From NCBI GenBank assembly GCA_002705485.1, contig PAGT01000008.1:1-37890 (forward strand): DNA of 37,890 nt, read 5' to 3'. Each line of letters begins with the position of its first letter. Positions within the stretch are counted from its first letter, which is position 1. Shown piece after piece: positions 36,665 to 37,890 of the stretch. A program made the translations under genes and the position numbers. The stretch is from Flavobacteriales bacterium. Its GTDB lineage: Bacteria > Bacteroidota > Bacteroidia > Flavobacteriales > Flavobacteriaceae. The notes under the pieces are model-generated. The model made no database searches. It saw only the letters and a list, made by a program, of their open reading frames with translations, and had not been told where the DNA came from.

Positions 36665-37890
36665 ATGAATGTTCAGCAAATATATACTTCTTGTCTCTCT
36701 CAAGCGGCATACTTTATTGAAAGCGATGGGGTCTCGGCAGTGATCGATCCTTTGAGAGATGTTGATCGATACATCAAACTTGCTGAAAAATACAATTCCA
36801 AAATTAAATATGTCTTTGAAACCCACTTTCATGCTGACTTTGTTAGTGGACATTTGACCCTAGCAAAAAAAACCAATGCAAAAATAGTTTTTGGTCCTGA
36901 GTCTGATCCTAATTATGATGCAATTATTTGTAAAGAAAATCAAGTTTTTAAAATTGGTAAATTAAGTTTAACCGCTATACATACACCAGGTCACACCCTG
37001 GAAAGTACTTCGTATCTTCTTTTTGATGAAAATGGAAAACAAAAATGTATTTTCACAGGTGATACCTTTTTTTTGGGGGATGTTGGAATTCCAGATGTTG
37101 CCCAACGCTACAAAGGAGTCTCAAAAGAAGAATTAGCAGGTATACTTTATGACTCCATAAATAAAAAAATCAAACCACTTGATAAGGATATTTTGATATA
37201 TCCTGGTCATGGCGCAGGATCCGCTTGTGGTAAGAAAATGATGAAAAAGACTGTTGATACCTTAGAAAATCAATTAAAATTAAATTATTCAATAAATGGT
37301 TCTTTTTCAAGAGAACAGTTTGTTGAGGAATTAACAACAAACCTCCCCGAACCACCCTCTTATTTTCCTGCAAATGTAAAATTAAATCAGGACGGATGTA
37401 CTGATATTGATGATGTTTTAAAAAAGGCATTAAATCCATTATCTGTGGATGAGTTTGTTAAAAAATCAAATAAAAATAAACATGTGATTATTGACACCAG
37501 GACAAATGATGAATTTAAACAAGGACATATACCGAAATCACTGTTTTTTGGGTTAAATGGTCAATTTGCATCCTGGGTTGGATCTGTTATTAAAAATACT
37601 AACACAAAAATCCTTCTTGTTACTTCCAATGGTAAAGAAATGGAGACAGTTCAAAGGTTATCAAGAATTGGTTTTGATAGTGTTACAGGATTTCTTGAAG
37701 GTGGATTTAAATCTTGGATTAACTCTAAGAAGGAGATATCAATAATTGATCAAACAACTCCAAAAGAGGTTGGTCTAATTGATTCACCGCCTGATTACAT
37801 AGATGTTCGAAAAAGGGTCGAGTTTGAAGAAGGTTGTGTTAAAAATGCCTTAAATATTCCTCTTGATTATATTGATGATTATAAATTAAA
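36665..37890 (+). CDS. MBL-fold metallo-hydrolase fused to rhodanese-like domain(s), 3'-partial (runs off the window)
   Basis: This ORF is not in the supplied track. Hand translation from the ATG at 36665 gives 408 stop-free codons to the window end. Motifs are ETHFHADFVSGH, HTPGHT, TGDTFFLGDVG and YPGHGAGSACG. A rhodanese-like domain follows (IIDTRTNDEFKQGHIP...LLVTSNGKEME) and a second one begins. Confidence 0.85.
   Translation, partial: MNVQQIYTSCLSQAAYFIESDGVSAVIDPLRDVDRYIKLAEKYNSKIKYVFETHFHADFVSGHLTLAKKTNAKIVFGPESDPNYDAIICKENQVFKIGKLSLTAIHTPGHTLESTSYLLFDENGKQKCIFTGDTFFLGDVGIPDVAQRYKGVSKEELAGILYDSINKKIKPLDKDILIYPGHGAGSACGKKMMKKTVDTLENQLKLNYSINGSFSREQFVEELTTNLPEPPSYFPANVKLNQDGCTDIDDVLKKALNPLSVDEFVKKSNKNKHVIIDTRTNDEFKQGHIPKSLFFGLNGQFASWVGSVIKNTNTKILLVTSNGKEMETVQRLSRIGFDSVTGFLEGGFKSWINSKKEISIIDQTTPKEVGLIDSPPDYIDVRKRVEFEEGCVKNALNIPLDYIDDYKL

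Noticed and set aside
36641-37439. Minus-strand ORFs 36641..36853 and 37170..37439, which the track lists as the only ORFs in this region.
   Set aside because: They lie opposite a 408-codon + strand frame with unmistakable MBL-fold and rhodanese motifs, so they are shadows of that gene.
1-37890. A search for tRNA/rRNA genes, CRISPR arrays, transposases or integrases, phage genes, and toxin-antitoxin or defence modules.
   Set aside because: Every gap is 221 bp or shorter and nearly pure A/T, with no GC-rich structured islands. There are no spaced direct-repeat arrays. Every long ORF is accounted for by a housekeeping or conserved-hypothetical family.

Overview
This window is a very AT-rich (about 30% G+C by eye, not computed), extremely gene-dense stretch. 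Its gene content and order look like the core chromosome of a streamlined Flavobacteriia (Bacteroidota) genome. That call rests on the clpC/gyrA divergent pair, gyrA followed by a TPR lipoprotein, mutL-rhomboid-rhomboid-EEP, thrABC, lipoprotein signal peptides ending in FSQ/YSQ, and TAnnTTTG-type promoter motifs. I call 33 protein-coding genes, nearly all housekeeping: rRNA/tRNA methyltransferases, MutL, GyrA, ClpC, ThrABC, GcvT, KdsB, YebC and NrnA. Using ORF boundaries, only about 1.0 kb of 37.9 kb (about 2.7%) is non-coding, and the largest gap is 221 bp. I see no tRNA/rRNA genes, CRISPR array, transposase, integrase, phage genes or recognisable defence or toxin-antitoxin module. I do not find a convincing novel multi-gene system; this looks like an ordinary core region.

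The most interesting concrete observations are:
- A secreted beta-barrel-like gene has a complete signal peptide cut off from its mature domain by an in-frame TAA (1786..1788, minus strand).
- A 408-codon MBL-fold/rhodanese ORF is missing from the supplied ORF track because it runs off the 3' edge.
- The MutL endonuclease motifs look degenerate.
- One lipoprotein is a cyclophilin-FKBP fusion.
- Four of the five convergent gene pairs overlap at their 3' ends, leaving no room for terminators.
- A few uncharacterised conserved gene pairs are tightly coupled to housekeeping genes.
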